This document shows positions 27,698 through 38,831 of a stretch of 64,000 nucleotides of DNA, one piece after another. The translations under genes and the position numbers were made by a program. The notes under the pieces are model-generated. The model had not been told where the DNA came from. It made no database searches and saw only the letters and a list, made by a program, of their open reading frames with translations. This DNA comes from Squalus acanthias (lineage: Eukaryota): contig CM059432.1 in assembly GCA_030390025.1 (NCBI GenBank), forward strand, positions 30,444,001 through 30,508,000, written 5' to 3'. The first letter of the stretch is position 1, and every line of letters starts with the position of its first letter.

Positions 27698-28140
27698 AAA
27701 GGAAGATTTGGATTTATATAGAACTTTACCATGTCTCTCAAAACGCTTCACTGAAAAATCAATTTTGTTGAAGTGCAGAGACAGCTGTTGAGTAAAAAAT
27801 TCAATGGCCACTCTGAACACAGCAAGATCCCATTGGCAGCAATGGGATTGGGTGACGAACTAATCTGTTGGCTACAAGAGGAATATTGGTCAGGACACCA
27901 GGAGAACTCCCTGCTCTTCGAATAGTGTCCTGCAGTTTTTAACATCCACCTGAGCCACTGAAACAGTAGCTGAGGACTGGTTTAAAGTCTCATCTGAAGG
28001 ATGGCACCTCTGGCAATGCAGCATTTTCTCAGTACTGCACTGGAACAATCAGCCTAGATTATGATCTCAAGTCTTTGAGTAGGAACTTGTACTCACAGCC
28101 TTCTAACCAGAAGGTGAAAGTGCTACCAACCAAGCCAAGC
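27698..28140 (-). mobile_element. DeuSINE (diverged)
   Basis: GGACACCAGGAGAACTCCCTGCTCTTCGAATAGTG core and tRNA-like head. Confidence 0.8.
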
Positions 28141-29032
28141 AGTCATTAACATTAAAATGGCTCTGTATCTTACCCAATGGCTCACTTTGTTTGCTGGAAT
28201 GTCTGGTGTAGAGCTAAAACATCCAGACCAAGAAGATCCAGGTTTTATCCCTGGTCTGTGATGAGTTAGCTAATCTCAGTAATGGGATCTACAATTGGTC
28301 TGGGTACTGGGAAGTACACAGAGTTAAGATATATGAACAAGGGTTGAGCTTATTGGGTCTCTTTCTCCAAGCACGTGTCACAGTGCAGACTGAACATGAT
28401 GGCTTGCAGAGCAACAATTGGTGAGTTTTTGGAGCAAGCTGGCATCAAATCTTCTTGATAAGCCAATGGTTTCTCTATATTTTCTACTGGTTCACAGCAG
28501 GAATGTATCTGAATCAGGGCTGTGATGGCGTGGAAGTAGGCATTAGACTCAAAAGGGGTGAATTTTAATGTGGTGGAGAGCATGGGTTTGGGAGCGGGTG
28601 GAGGGTCAAAACCAGGGAAATTGACAGCGTGTTGGGAAGCCGGCTCCAACTGCTGACTTCCGGGTTTCACTCCAGTGCTTTAGGCTGCATGCGCGGGAGA
28701 GGCGGATTGTCGATTAACATATGTTAATCGCTCAATTAAAGCGATATTGACACCGATTTTTGACTTTAACGTCGGGTCCACGGGTTTCCCAGGCTTCTTG
28801 AAACTTGCCAGTGAAAGCAAGGCAAGTACACAGCGGCAATTGAGGGGGCTGAATCAATCTCAGGGAAATATGGCAATAAATACTCAGTACTCACAGCTGC
28901 TGTCTTACATGCAAGTGGGAAAGGGTTTGTTCACAGTGCTTTTGCTTGGAGTTGACTTTCTACCCTTTGGAGGTTTCTTCAAAAACTTGGCGGTTTGATC
29001 TACACTTTGGAGGTTTGCTCCATCACATCAGG

Positions 29033-31028
29033 ATGGGCGCCGCTTATGCTGCCTTAGATTGGACCTCAGATAAGGAACAACATGAGCAGCAGCAGCACTA
29101 GTATCAGCAGACTGCTGGTCACAGACCTGTAGCTGCATACCAGAGAGGGGACCAGCAGAGAGGGGACTGGCAGAGAGGTGCAGCTCACAGGAGGCACTAC
29201 CCACGACATATCCTTGACATGTATGAACAGCAGTCTCTCAGGAAGCTCAGAATGTCACATCAGGTGGTGGCAGACATCTGCAGCCTCCTAAAAGAAGACC
29301 TGCTCTTTGCTGGACCTGGTGGCCACACGTTACCAGTGGCTGTCAAAGTCACCACCGCCCTCAACATTTTTGCCTCTGGTTCCTTCCAGGAATCTAACGC
29401 AGACATATGCCGGATCACCCAGTCAGCAACCCACAAATGCATAAGACAGGTGACTGATGGCTTGTTTTCCGGGACTGGCAATTATTGCCTGCGATGATGC
29501 CAGTCAGAATGAGAAGGTGCTCAGGTTCATGGCTCTGGCTGACTTCCCACAGGTGCAGGGTGTCATTGATGCAAGCACTTGACAATCCGGGCACCCAAGA
29601 ACAACCAGGAATATTTGTCAACCGCAAGGGCTTCCACTCCATCAATGTGCAGCTGGTGTGTGACCACAAAAAAGATTTTTATGCAGGTGTGCGCAAGATT
29701 CCCAGGCAGCTGCCATAATGCTTTCATCCTACGACAGTTCAAGAGAGCACACCCTTTGCCACCAGCTATATGGCGACCAGCTCAGGAGGAGGAAGAGCAG
29801 AAGGAGGAGGAGGAAGAGGAGGAGAGGGAAGAGAAGGAGGAAGAAGAGGAAGGGTAGAGGCAACTGTAAAGTTTCCAAAATTTGCAGATCCCCAAAAATC
29901 TAAGGAAAAAGGACTTTGGAACTACCCCAGAGTGATAACAATGCATTTGGGCCTCACATAAGGAATTTAAGACCAAAACCAAGCTTTGGCATTTTAAAAG
30001 GCTGGAATTCAAGCCCCAGCAAACATTAACATTTGGACAATAGGCCCTGGGAGAAGGCAGCCCCACCCAAAACACAGAACCCATTAAAGAGACGCATAAA
30101 GATAGGAATGCTAGGCCCAGCAAGAAATCCAAAACATGAGGACAATGCAAACTCCGATTAAACAACAGATCAACAGGACGCAAGCCATTTGACACTCAGT
30201 AAAAAGCCATTACTGTTGACGAGGTCTTACAATGACCAGGTTTTGATTTGGTTTAGCATAATTGAAGGCCCATCAAGCAGTTACAACAGTTCAGTAAGAA
30301 GAGAGTTCAGAACATTTTAACACCAAGTTAAACCCATCAAAACTTAACAAGCCCGCAAAACCAAGACAATGGAATGAACAGGCCTCAACTGAAACCAAAT
30401 CACTTCAGCACAAAACCATTTTTAGTAAGGGGTTCTGGGAGCGAAAAGAACAAAGGAGCTGAACACGTATAATTGGGGGGCCTAATTCCCCAAGAGGCCC
30501 TCTCTCCGGACTCTCTGACAACGCTGGCACAGCTCCCTCTCAGCTCTGTTCCAGAAGCAGCACGTTCCAGGAAGACACTCGATGACCAGACCACCATCAA
30601 CTTACCTGGCTGGATTTCACACTGTTAAAACCCCTGTTTGGTGAGCATTATCCCTGATCTCCTGAAACCGAAACCTAGCTAGATAGTGCGATTTTTGGGA
30701 GGGATAAGGGTTTTTGTATATTGTCATTCTCCCTCACCTGAACCGTGTATTCCCCAACCTTTTTAAGTGCGAAGTGTGTTTTAAGTTTGTTACCTTTTTC
30801 TTTTAATAAAAGTCAAAATTCTTTCATCGGAACCTATTGTCTACTGCATCTTTATTCACAACCCCTAAATAAGTCCAAGGTCTGAACCTGGGGTGTGGGA
30901 GTGATTCGAACCGCTCACTGAGTCAGGGGTAAGGCTGACCCCTACCACCACCACCCCCTACACAACCCAGACAGCCCCTTTCTGGCCGGGCTGTCTGTGA
31001 CCGATTCATCCAGCTGCAATACCGGTAA
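29033..31028 (+). pseudogene. Harbinger transposase with an internal deletion, split by the LTR
   Basis: LPVAVKVTTALNIFASGSFQ, NRKGFHSINVQLVCDH, FPGSCHNAFIL, then a jump to RAHPLPP and the acidic tail (second Asp and Glu region deleted). Confidence 0.85.
29865..30962 (+). mobile_element. solo LTR (1098 bp)
   Basis: TGTA...TACA termini; perfect 4-bp TSD CAAC (29861-64 / 30963-66) that restores the Harbinger sequence GAGGCAACCCAGACAG; TATAAT at 30468; AATAAA at 30805. Confidence 0.9.
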
Positions 31029-33956
31029 ATGCAATCTAAATTCCCCATTCACAAACAGTCCCATACCTTATCTTCCCTCTGTTACTGACCATCAAAGCAT
31101 CCTCTTGGCCACAATGCAAAATTAAAGTAAAAATCAAAATAAACATTCCAAACCAAATTTATAAATCAAACCATGCCACATTGCATACAAATGTCAACTA
31201 ATCACACTTGTGCATTCCCGCAGTGCCTGTTTTCCGTGCGCCTTTACCTGTCCCAGTGATCTTACGCAGTGCTACCCCAGTGGCTGCAGCATGGCTGGTG
31301 GGAGGCTGCTGACTTTCAGTGGGGGAGCCTGCAGATGGCCTTGCATGACGACCTCAAGCAGCTCTGGGCCTAGAAGGCCCGGCTTCGGTCTGCACCATCT
31401 CGACATGGGCAGCAGCAGTCTAGACTGGCTGGCTGACAGGCAACAGCAAGGGCACGAGCGGAGTGGCAGGGGTCGGAGGACGAATGCTGTCATCCTGAGA
31501 GAGGACAGCGGGTTTGTGCTCCACGGAGCCACTGCCACTCCCCCAGGACAGCACCGCAGCAATCCTAGTAATCTGTTGGAGGACAGATTGCTGGACTGCT
31601 GTGACACTCTGCAAGCCCCGTTGATCACTGGATCACTGGTAACCGCAAGCACGATGGTAGCAGTCTGAGTTTCAACTGCAACATCCAGACGTTGGATGGC
31701 TTCTACCTATGCTGCAGTGGAAGCTGAGACATCAGCCATCAGACGCTGCATCATGTTTGGGTCCACAAGTGTGCTAATGGAGTTGGCCACCACTTCCATG
31801 CTGGAAAGAATGGGCTCCAAGCTCTGTGCAAAGCCATGTGCCAAGTTGGTGCTGGACTCCTCCATGATCCTTGACATTGCACACGGGCTTTCTGGCAGGC
31901 CTGCCAATGCACCTTTGTGCTAGGTATGACTTCAGCCAGTGGAGAGTTTTCTCCCTGATTCCCATGGACTTCAATATTACTGGGGCTCCTTGATGCCACA
32001 TTTGGTTAGAAGCTACCTTGATGTCAAGGACAGTCACGTTCACCTCACCTCTAGAATTCAGTTCTTTTGTCCATGTTTGGACTAAGGCTGTACTGAGGTT
32101 TGGAGCCGAGTGGTCCTGGCGGAACCCAAACTGAACATCGGTGAGCAGGTTACTGGTGAGTAAGAGCACTGTCGACGACATCTTCCATCACTTCGCTGAT
32201 GATTGAGAGTAGACTGATGGGGCGGTAATTGGTCGGATTGGATTTGTCCTGCTTTTTGTGGACAGGACATACCTGGGCAGTTTTCCACCTTGTCGGGTAG
32301 ATGCCAGTGTTGTAGCTGTACTGGAACAGCTTGGCTAGAGGCGCGGCTAGTTCTGGAGCACAAGTCTTCAGCACGACAGCCGGGATGTTGTTGGGGCCCA
32401 TAGCCTTTGGTCTACCCAGTATGCTCAGCCGTTTCTTGATATCACGTGGAGTGAATCAAATTGGCTGAAGACTGGTTTCTGTGATGGTGGGAACCTCAGG
32501 AGGAGGCCGATATGGATCATCCACTCGGCACTTCTGGTTGAAGATGGTTGCAAATGCTTCAGCCTTGTCTTTTTCAATCACGTGCTGGGCTCCGACATCA
32601 TTGAGGATGGGGATGTTCATGGAGCCTCCTCCTCCCGTTAGTTGTTCAATTGTCCACCACCATTCATGACTGGATGTGACAGGACTGCAAACCTTTGATC
32701 TGATCCGTTGATTGTGGGATCGCTTAGCTCTGTCTATAGCATGCTGCTTCCGCTGTTTAGCATGCATGTAGTTCTGTGTTGAAGCTTCCCCACGTTGGCA
32801 CCTCATTTTTTTTTAGGTACACCTGGTGCTGCTCCTGGCATGCTCTTCTGTACTCCTCATTGAATCAGGGTTGGTCCCCTAGCTTGATTGTAATGGTAGA
32901 GTGAGGGATATGCCGGGCCATGAGGTTACAGATTGTGGTGGAAATAAATTCTGCAGCTGCTGATGGCCCACAGCGCCTCATGGATGCTCAGTTTTGAGTT
33001 GCTAGATCTGTTCTGAATCTATCCCATTTAGCACGGTGGTCGTGCCACACAACACGATGGAGGGTGTCCATAGTGTGAAGACGGGACTTTGTCTCCACAA
33101 GGACTGTGCGCTGGTCACTGCTACCAACGCTGTCATGGACAGATGCATCTGTGACAGGTAGATTGGTGAGGACGAGGACAAGTAGGTTTTTCCCTTGTGT
33201 TGGCTCTCTCACCACCTGCCGCAGGCCTAGTCTGGCAGCTATGTCCTTCAGGACTTGGCCAGTAGTGGTGGTACTGAGCCACTCTTGGTGATGGACATTG
33301 AAGTCCCCCATCCAGAGTACATTCTGTGCCCTTGCTACCCTCTGTGCTTCTTCCAAGTGGTGTTCAACATGGAGGAGTACTGACTCATCTGCTGAGGGAG
33401 GGCAGTAGGTGGTAATCAGCAGGAGGTTTCCTTGCCCATGCTTGACCTGAAGCCATAAGAATTCATGGGGTCTAGAGTCAACGTTGAAGACTCCCAGGGC
33501 CACTCCCTCCCGACTGTGTACCACGTGCCGCCACCTCTGGTGGGTCTGTCCTGCCGATGTGTCAGGACATACCCAGGAATGGTGATGGAGGAGTCTGGGA
33601 TCTTGGCTGAAAGGTATGACTCTGTGAGTATGACTATGTCAGGCTGCTGCTTGACTAGTCTGTGGGACAGCTCTCCCAATTTTGGCACAAGTCCCCAGAT
33701 GTTCGTGAGGAGGACTTTGCAGGGTCGACTGGGCTGGGTGTGCCTTTGTCGTGTCCGAAGCCGGTGCCTACGTCGATGACAGGTGGTCCTTCTGGTTTTA
33801 TTCTTCTTATTGTTTCCCGTAGCGGTTGTGTACAACTGAGTGACATGCTAGGTCATTTCAGAGAGCATGATGCAGAGATGCCGGTGTTGGACTGGGGTGG
33901 ACAAAAATGAGAAGTCGCACAACACCAGGTTATAGTCCAACAGTTTTATTTAAAAT

Positions 33957-33991
33957 TACGAGCTTTCGGAACGCTGCTCCTTCTTCAGGTA
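33957..33991 (-). ncRNA. minimal type I hammerhead ribozyme motif
   Basis: UAC-CUGAAGA-A-GGAGC-AGC-GUUCC-GAAA-GC-UC-GUA. Confidence 0.7.
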
Positions 33992-34153
33992 AAATACAGC
34001 ATTTGACACGTTGGACCCCCTGTGACCCACCTCATTGTCTTAGCTGTACTCTGATGTGTCTTTGATGTAATGCCTCCCTAACAGATTGTATCTCTGCAGA
34101 CAAATTGTTCTCTGTGTATATATACTGTGTAATAGATTCCCTCACTGTACCTG

Positions 34154-34188
34154 TACCTGAAGAAGGAGCGGAGCTCCGAAAGCTCGTA
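34154..34188 (+). ncRNA. minimal type I hammerhead ribozyme motif
   Basis: UAC-CUGAAGA-A-GGAGC-GGA-GCUCC-GAAA-GC-UC-GUA: catalytic core, stem II, stem I (UAC/GUA) and palindromic AGCU stem III. Confidence 0.75.
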
Positions 34189-34207
34189 ATTTTAAATAAA
34201 ACTGTTG

Positions 34208-35099
34208 GGGGGAAAAATTAGGTCGCGCCCCATTTGGGGCGCAAATATCGTCTGGACGCAAATATTAGCGCCTGGCGCTAATTATCGGCACTGACTGGAA
34301 ACTTCACTTTTACCGCCCCGGGAGGTGAGTGGAGCGCTAAATCAGGCGCTGCACACCTGTCTTAAGGCGCAAAGGCCAAGGAGTGAGGCGCTAACTCAGA
34401 GCGCTGGCGAAGCTCATGTAATGTCAGTCAGCAATGGAACACACACACAATGGCACGGGCCAGTTCTTAAAGGGGATGGTTAATCTTGCTTTCCATCCAC
34501 ATCCTGTTCATTGCAGCCTTGAATCTCGGCCTGGAGAGACTTGCACATCAAATGTGCTGGAAAGAACAATGGAGAGTACCAGGCAAAGAGCTCAGAGTGC
34601 AGCTCCCACAGTCTCTGCTAAATCGATACAAGGAATGGCAAATCAAAATGAACCTGCAAAGTGCTGCTCAGTACCCAAAACTCCTTCACACAATGTTGAA
34701 TCTCTCCAGAAGTCTCTCCCTCTCTCTCTCAGAATGCGTAGTTCAAAAATGCCACCAACAATAAAAGACAGGAAGAGGCCCCCTTTAAATAGCGCCCCCC
34801 CCAGCCCCACAGCGATTGATAGCGTTCCAGTCTTCTGGTCGTTGAATGCGCCAGGCGGTAAGGCAGGGGGCGCCACTCAATTTCCGCTCCGGTCGCCACA
34901 AGGGCGTTGCACCATGGAATGACGTCACAATCTGCGCGCGCAGGTGGTCGCAGCGGTAAAGTTTAGCGCCACCGCACAATCTCTAGTTAAGTTCCCGAGC
35001 GGCGCAAACATCGCTGCGCCCGGGCGTTAGCGGCTTTGCGCCCCATTAGCGCCCTCTTAAGGCGCTAACGGGAGGCGCAACCAACTGAATTTTTCCCCC
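34208..35099. mobile_element. Harbinger-type MITE (892 bp), copy 1
   Basis: TIR GGGGGAAAAATT / AATTTTTCCCCC; perfect TTG TSD; near identical to 49704-50596. Confidence 0.95.
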
Positions 35100-35400
35100 T
35101 TGGACTATAACCTGGTGTTGTGCGACTTCTCATTTCAGAGAGCAGTTAAGAGTCAACCACATTGCTGTGGGTCTGGAGTCACATTTAGGCCAGACCAGGT
35201 AAGGATGGCAGATTTCCTTCCCTAAAGGGACATTAGTGAACCAGATGGGTTTTTACGACAATCCGATAGTTTCATGGTCACCATTACTAAAACTAGCTTT
35301 TGTTCCAGATTTATTTACTTAACTGAATTTAAATTCCCCAGCTGCCATCATGGGATTTGAACTCACGTATCTGGATCATAAGAACATAAGAACATAAGAA

Positions 35401-36290
35401 TTTTTTTTAAAATTCATTTAAAAGATGTGGGCATCGTTGGCAAGGCCAGCATTTATTACCCATCCCTAATTGCCCTTGAGAAAGTGGTGGTGAGAAGCCT
35501 TCTTGAACCGCTGCAGTCCGTGTGGTGAAGGTACTCCCACAGTGCTGTTAGGTAGGGAGTTCCAGGATTTTGACCCAGTGACGATGAAGGATCGGCGATA
35601 TACTTCTAAGTCAGGATGGTGTGTGACTTGAAGGGGAACTTGGAGGTGGTGGTGTTCCCATGCGCCTGCTGCCCTTGTCCTTCTAGGTGGAAGAGGTCGC
35701 GGGTTTCGGAGGTGCTACTGAAGAAGCCTTGGCAAGTTGTTGCAGTGCATCTTGTAGATGGTACACACTGCAGCCACGGTACACCGGTGGTGGAGGGAGT
35801 GAATGTTTAAGGTGGTGGATGGGGTGTCAATCAAGCGGGCTGCTTTGTCCTGGATGGTGTTGAACTTTATGAGTGTTGTTGGAGCTGCACTCATCTAGGA
35901 ATGTGGAGAGTATTCCATCACACTCCTGACTTGTGCCTTGTAGATGGTGGAAAGGTTTTGGGGAGTCAGGAGGTGAGACACTCGCCGCAGAATAACCAGC
36001 CTCTGACCTGCTCTTGTAGCCACAATAGTTATGTGGCTGGTCCAGTTAAGTTTCTGGTCAATGGTGACCCTCAGGATGTTGATGCTGGGGGATTCAGCGA
36101 TGGTACTGCCACTGAAAGTCAAGGGGCGGTGGTTAGACTCTCTCTTATTGGAGATAGTTATTGCCTGGCACTTGTGTGGTGCGAATGTTACTTGCCACTT
36201 ATCAGCCCAAGTCTGAATGTTGTCCAGGTCTTGCTGCATGTGGGCAAAGGCTGGTTCATTATCTGGGGAGTTGTGAATGGATCTGAACAC
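35401..36290 (-). mobile_element. LINE family B 3' fragment
   Basis: Homologous to 4272-5150 (WADKWQVTFAPHKCQ, YKAQVRSVMEYS, same 3' tail). Confidence 0.92.
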
Positions 36291-37895
36291 CAGCGTTTTA
36301 CCTACTACTGATGTCAGGCTAACTGGCCTGTAGTCCCTGTTTTTTCCTCTTCCCCCTTTCTTAAATAGCGGGGTTATTTTTGCTACCTTCCAATCCTTGG
36401 GGACTGTTCTAGAATCTAGGGAATTCTGGAAGATTAATACCAGTGCATCCACTATCTCTGCAGCTACCTCTTTTAAAACCCTAGGATGCAAGTCATCAGG
36501 TCCAGGGGATTTGTCGCCACTTAGTCCCATTAATTTCTCCAGTACTATGTATTTACTTATACTGATTTCTTTAAGTTCCTCATTCTCATTAGACCCTTGG
36601 TTCCCCATTATTTCCGGAATTTTTTTGTGCCTTCTACCGTGAAGACACATACAAAGTATTTATTTCATGTCTCTGCCATTTCTTTATTGCCCATCATAAT
36701 TTCTCCTGTCTCTGCCTCTAATGGGCCCACATTTACTTTCACTTATCTCTTCCTATTTACATACCTATAGAAACGTTTACAAGCTGTTTTTATGTCTCTT
36801 GCTAGTTTACTCTCATATTCTTTGCTGAATTCTAAAATCCTCCCAATCCTCAGTCTTACTACTCTTTTTGGCAATATTATAAAACTCTTCCTTTGATCTA
36901 ATACGATCTTTAACTTCTCTTGTTAGCCACGGTTGGACCACTTTTCCTGTGGGGCTTTTGTACCTTAAAGGAATGTATATTTGTTGTAAATTATGTATTA
37001 ATTCTTTAAATGCTTGCCATTGCTTGTCTACCATCATACCTTTTAATGTAGTTTCCCAATCTACCTTAGCCAACTCGCCCCTCATAACTATGTAGTTTGC
37101 TTTATTTAGATTGAAGACCCTAGTTTCGGTTTTAACTAAATCACTTTCAAACGCAATATAAAATTCTATCATATCCTGGTCACTCTTCCCTAAAGGCCCC
37201 TTTACTACAAGGTTATTAATTAACCCTTTCTGATTGCAAAATACTAGATCTAAAATAGCCTGTTCCCTTGTTGGTTCCTCAATATACTGATCTAGAAAAC
37301 TATCTTGTAGACATTCCATGAATTCGTCCTCTACACTATTACTGCAAATTTGGTTTGCCCAGTCTATATGTAAATTAAAGTCCCCCATGATTACTGTATT
37401 ACCCTTGTTTCATGCGCCTCTAATTTCCTGATTTATACTCTGCCCTACATTACAACTACTGTTTGGGGGCCTATAAACAACTCCCATCAATGTTTTCTGC
37501 CCCTTGCTCTTTCTTAGCTCCACCCAAACTGATTCTACTTCTTGATTTTCAGAGCTAAGATCCTTTCTCGCTACTGTCTTTATCCCATCCTTTATTATCA
37601 GGGCTACCCCTCCTCCTGTTCCATTTTGTCTATCTCTTCTAAACGTTAAGTATCTGAGAATATTTAGTTCCCAACCTTGGTCACTTTGCAACCAATTCTC
37701 CGTAATGGCTATTAGATGAAACCTATTAATTTCTATCTGCGCTATTAATTCATCTATTTTGTTGCGAATGCGTCGCACATTCAGATATTTAGCTTTGACT
37801 TTTTTTTCTATTTTTCCCTGATGTCACCTTAGTCACTGATGCCCTATTACCTTTGTTACTCTCTCTGTCCCTTCTTGACTCACTCAGCTTATTTT
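36291..37895 (-). mobile_element. CR1 ORF2 5' part (APE to RT start); an isolated CR1 tail lies at 35377-35400
   Basis: IRNKIDEL, IAITENW, YRPP, MGDFN, KSPGPDDLHPRVLKE; same subfamily as 21900-25150. Confidence 0.92.
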
Positions 37896-38669
37896 ATTGA
37901 TTCTTTTGTATAAGCGATAAAGCAGTTTTGACCTGGGGTTCAGTCAGTATAGTCCAATCACAGGGTGTCTCCAGTTGTTGCCATAGAGATGGCAGAAGAG
38001 CCTCCACTGTAACCTTCAGGAATGCAATAACTCCAGTGTTTTCCTTGACTCGGGTCCATCACGATTACACTCGGTCACAAAACTCCAAAGGGTGCTCTTA
38101 CTTTCCTGACAGCCATTCATTAACCTAATTTAACCCAGTACATCCAGGCTGAATTAACTGTTGTAATTTCTTTAAAAATTGAGCAAAATGAATGAGAAAA
38201 GCAGGACGACCTTGAATCTCCCAATAATTTGGGGCAAGGTATTAAGCTGGAATGAATCCTTCAAAGGCATAATTTCATTAATGTCTTGCATTTTATCTAG
38301 GGTTTCTGAGATATCAACTGTATTAACATTCTCCAATATTTAACATAATTCTGGTTACCTTAATTATACAACATTCACTACTTATTTACTCTACTACAGC
38401 TTAAATAATTAATTCCCTAATTCACAGAAATATGAAGGGTAACAATAGTGATGAACTCAGAAGTGCCAATTTTTACGTGACAAACCCGCTTCGCGTGCCC
38501 AAGCAGTGTTCACATATTTACTCAACCAGCTTTCTGCAGTGGCCACCTGCAGAAAACTACAGTAGTATTCATAATTGAATAATTTGATCAGACACTCGGT
38601 GTGTAAGCTCAGGTGAGTTAGCATCAATTACTCTCATTCAGTTCAGACCCAAAAACAGCAGGAATCAAT

Positions 38670-38831
38670 GGGGTATAAATTCAGCTGGGCGGTAGTGCAA
38701 AGCAAGCGAATCTGCAGCCTTTGCCTGATTTTCTTTTTCATTGACTTCAAAGCGAATGAACAGAGTGTAAAACGGCCGGCAGATTTGCTATTGCTCATTT
38801 TCTGCTTCCACCCAAGATGAATTTATACCCC
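38670..38831. mobile_element. small Harbinger/Tourist-like MITE (162 bp)
   Basis: Perfect 14-bp TIR GGGGTATAAATTCA / TGAATTTATACCCC; flanks AAT/AGT; a related fragment lies near 62797-62920. Confidence 0.85.

Larger units (their letters stand above)
28555..31915. mobile_element. PIF/Harbinger transposon 3 (right end lost, contains a solo LTR)
   Basis: Left TIR GGGGTGAATTTT; transposase on +; Myb exon 3 on - (AGLPESPCAMSRIMEES); the 3' region aligns with Harbinger 1 positions 1700-2280. Confidence 0.85.
33868..35129. mobile_element. Penelope-like terminal-repeat insertion with inverted arms
   Basis: Arms GAGAAGTCGCACAACACCAGGTTATAGTCCAACAG (33910) and its reverse complement (34200-34207 plus 35103-35131); 15-bp direct repeat TCATTTCAGAGAGCA at 33853-67 and 35130-44. 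Confidence 0.85.
31916..35379 (-). mobile_element. LINE family B 5' portion: tRNA-derived head + APE endonuclease + RT N-terminus (interrupted at 33868-35129)
   Basis: VLLTNIWGL...DIVILTESYL, MGDFNVHH, SDQ, GPNNIP..VLK.CAPELA.PL, NYRPISLLS, QFGFR; upstream sequence is colinear with the SINE at 39397 and includes the B box at 35352-35364. Confidence 0.9.

Noticed and set aside
34434..34922. 162-aa ORF (177 aa in the second copy) as a cargo gene
   Set aside because: No recognisable domain, C-termini differ by a frameshift, and openness is explained by near-identity of the copies.
35895..36650. 251-aa ORF as a novel fusion protein
   Set aside because: Chance in-frame junction of a CR1 fragment and a LINE B fragment.
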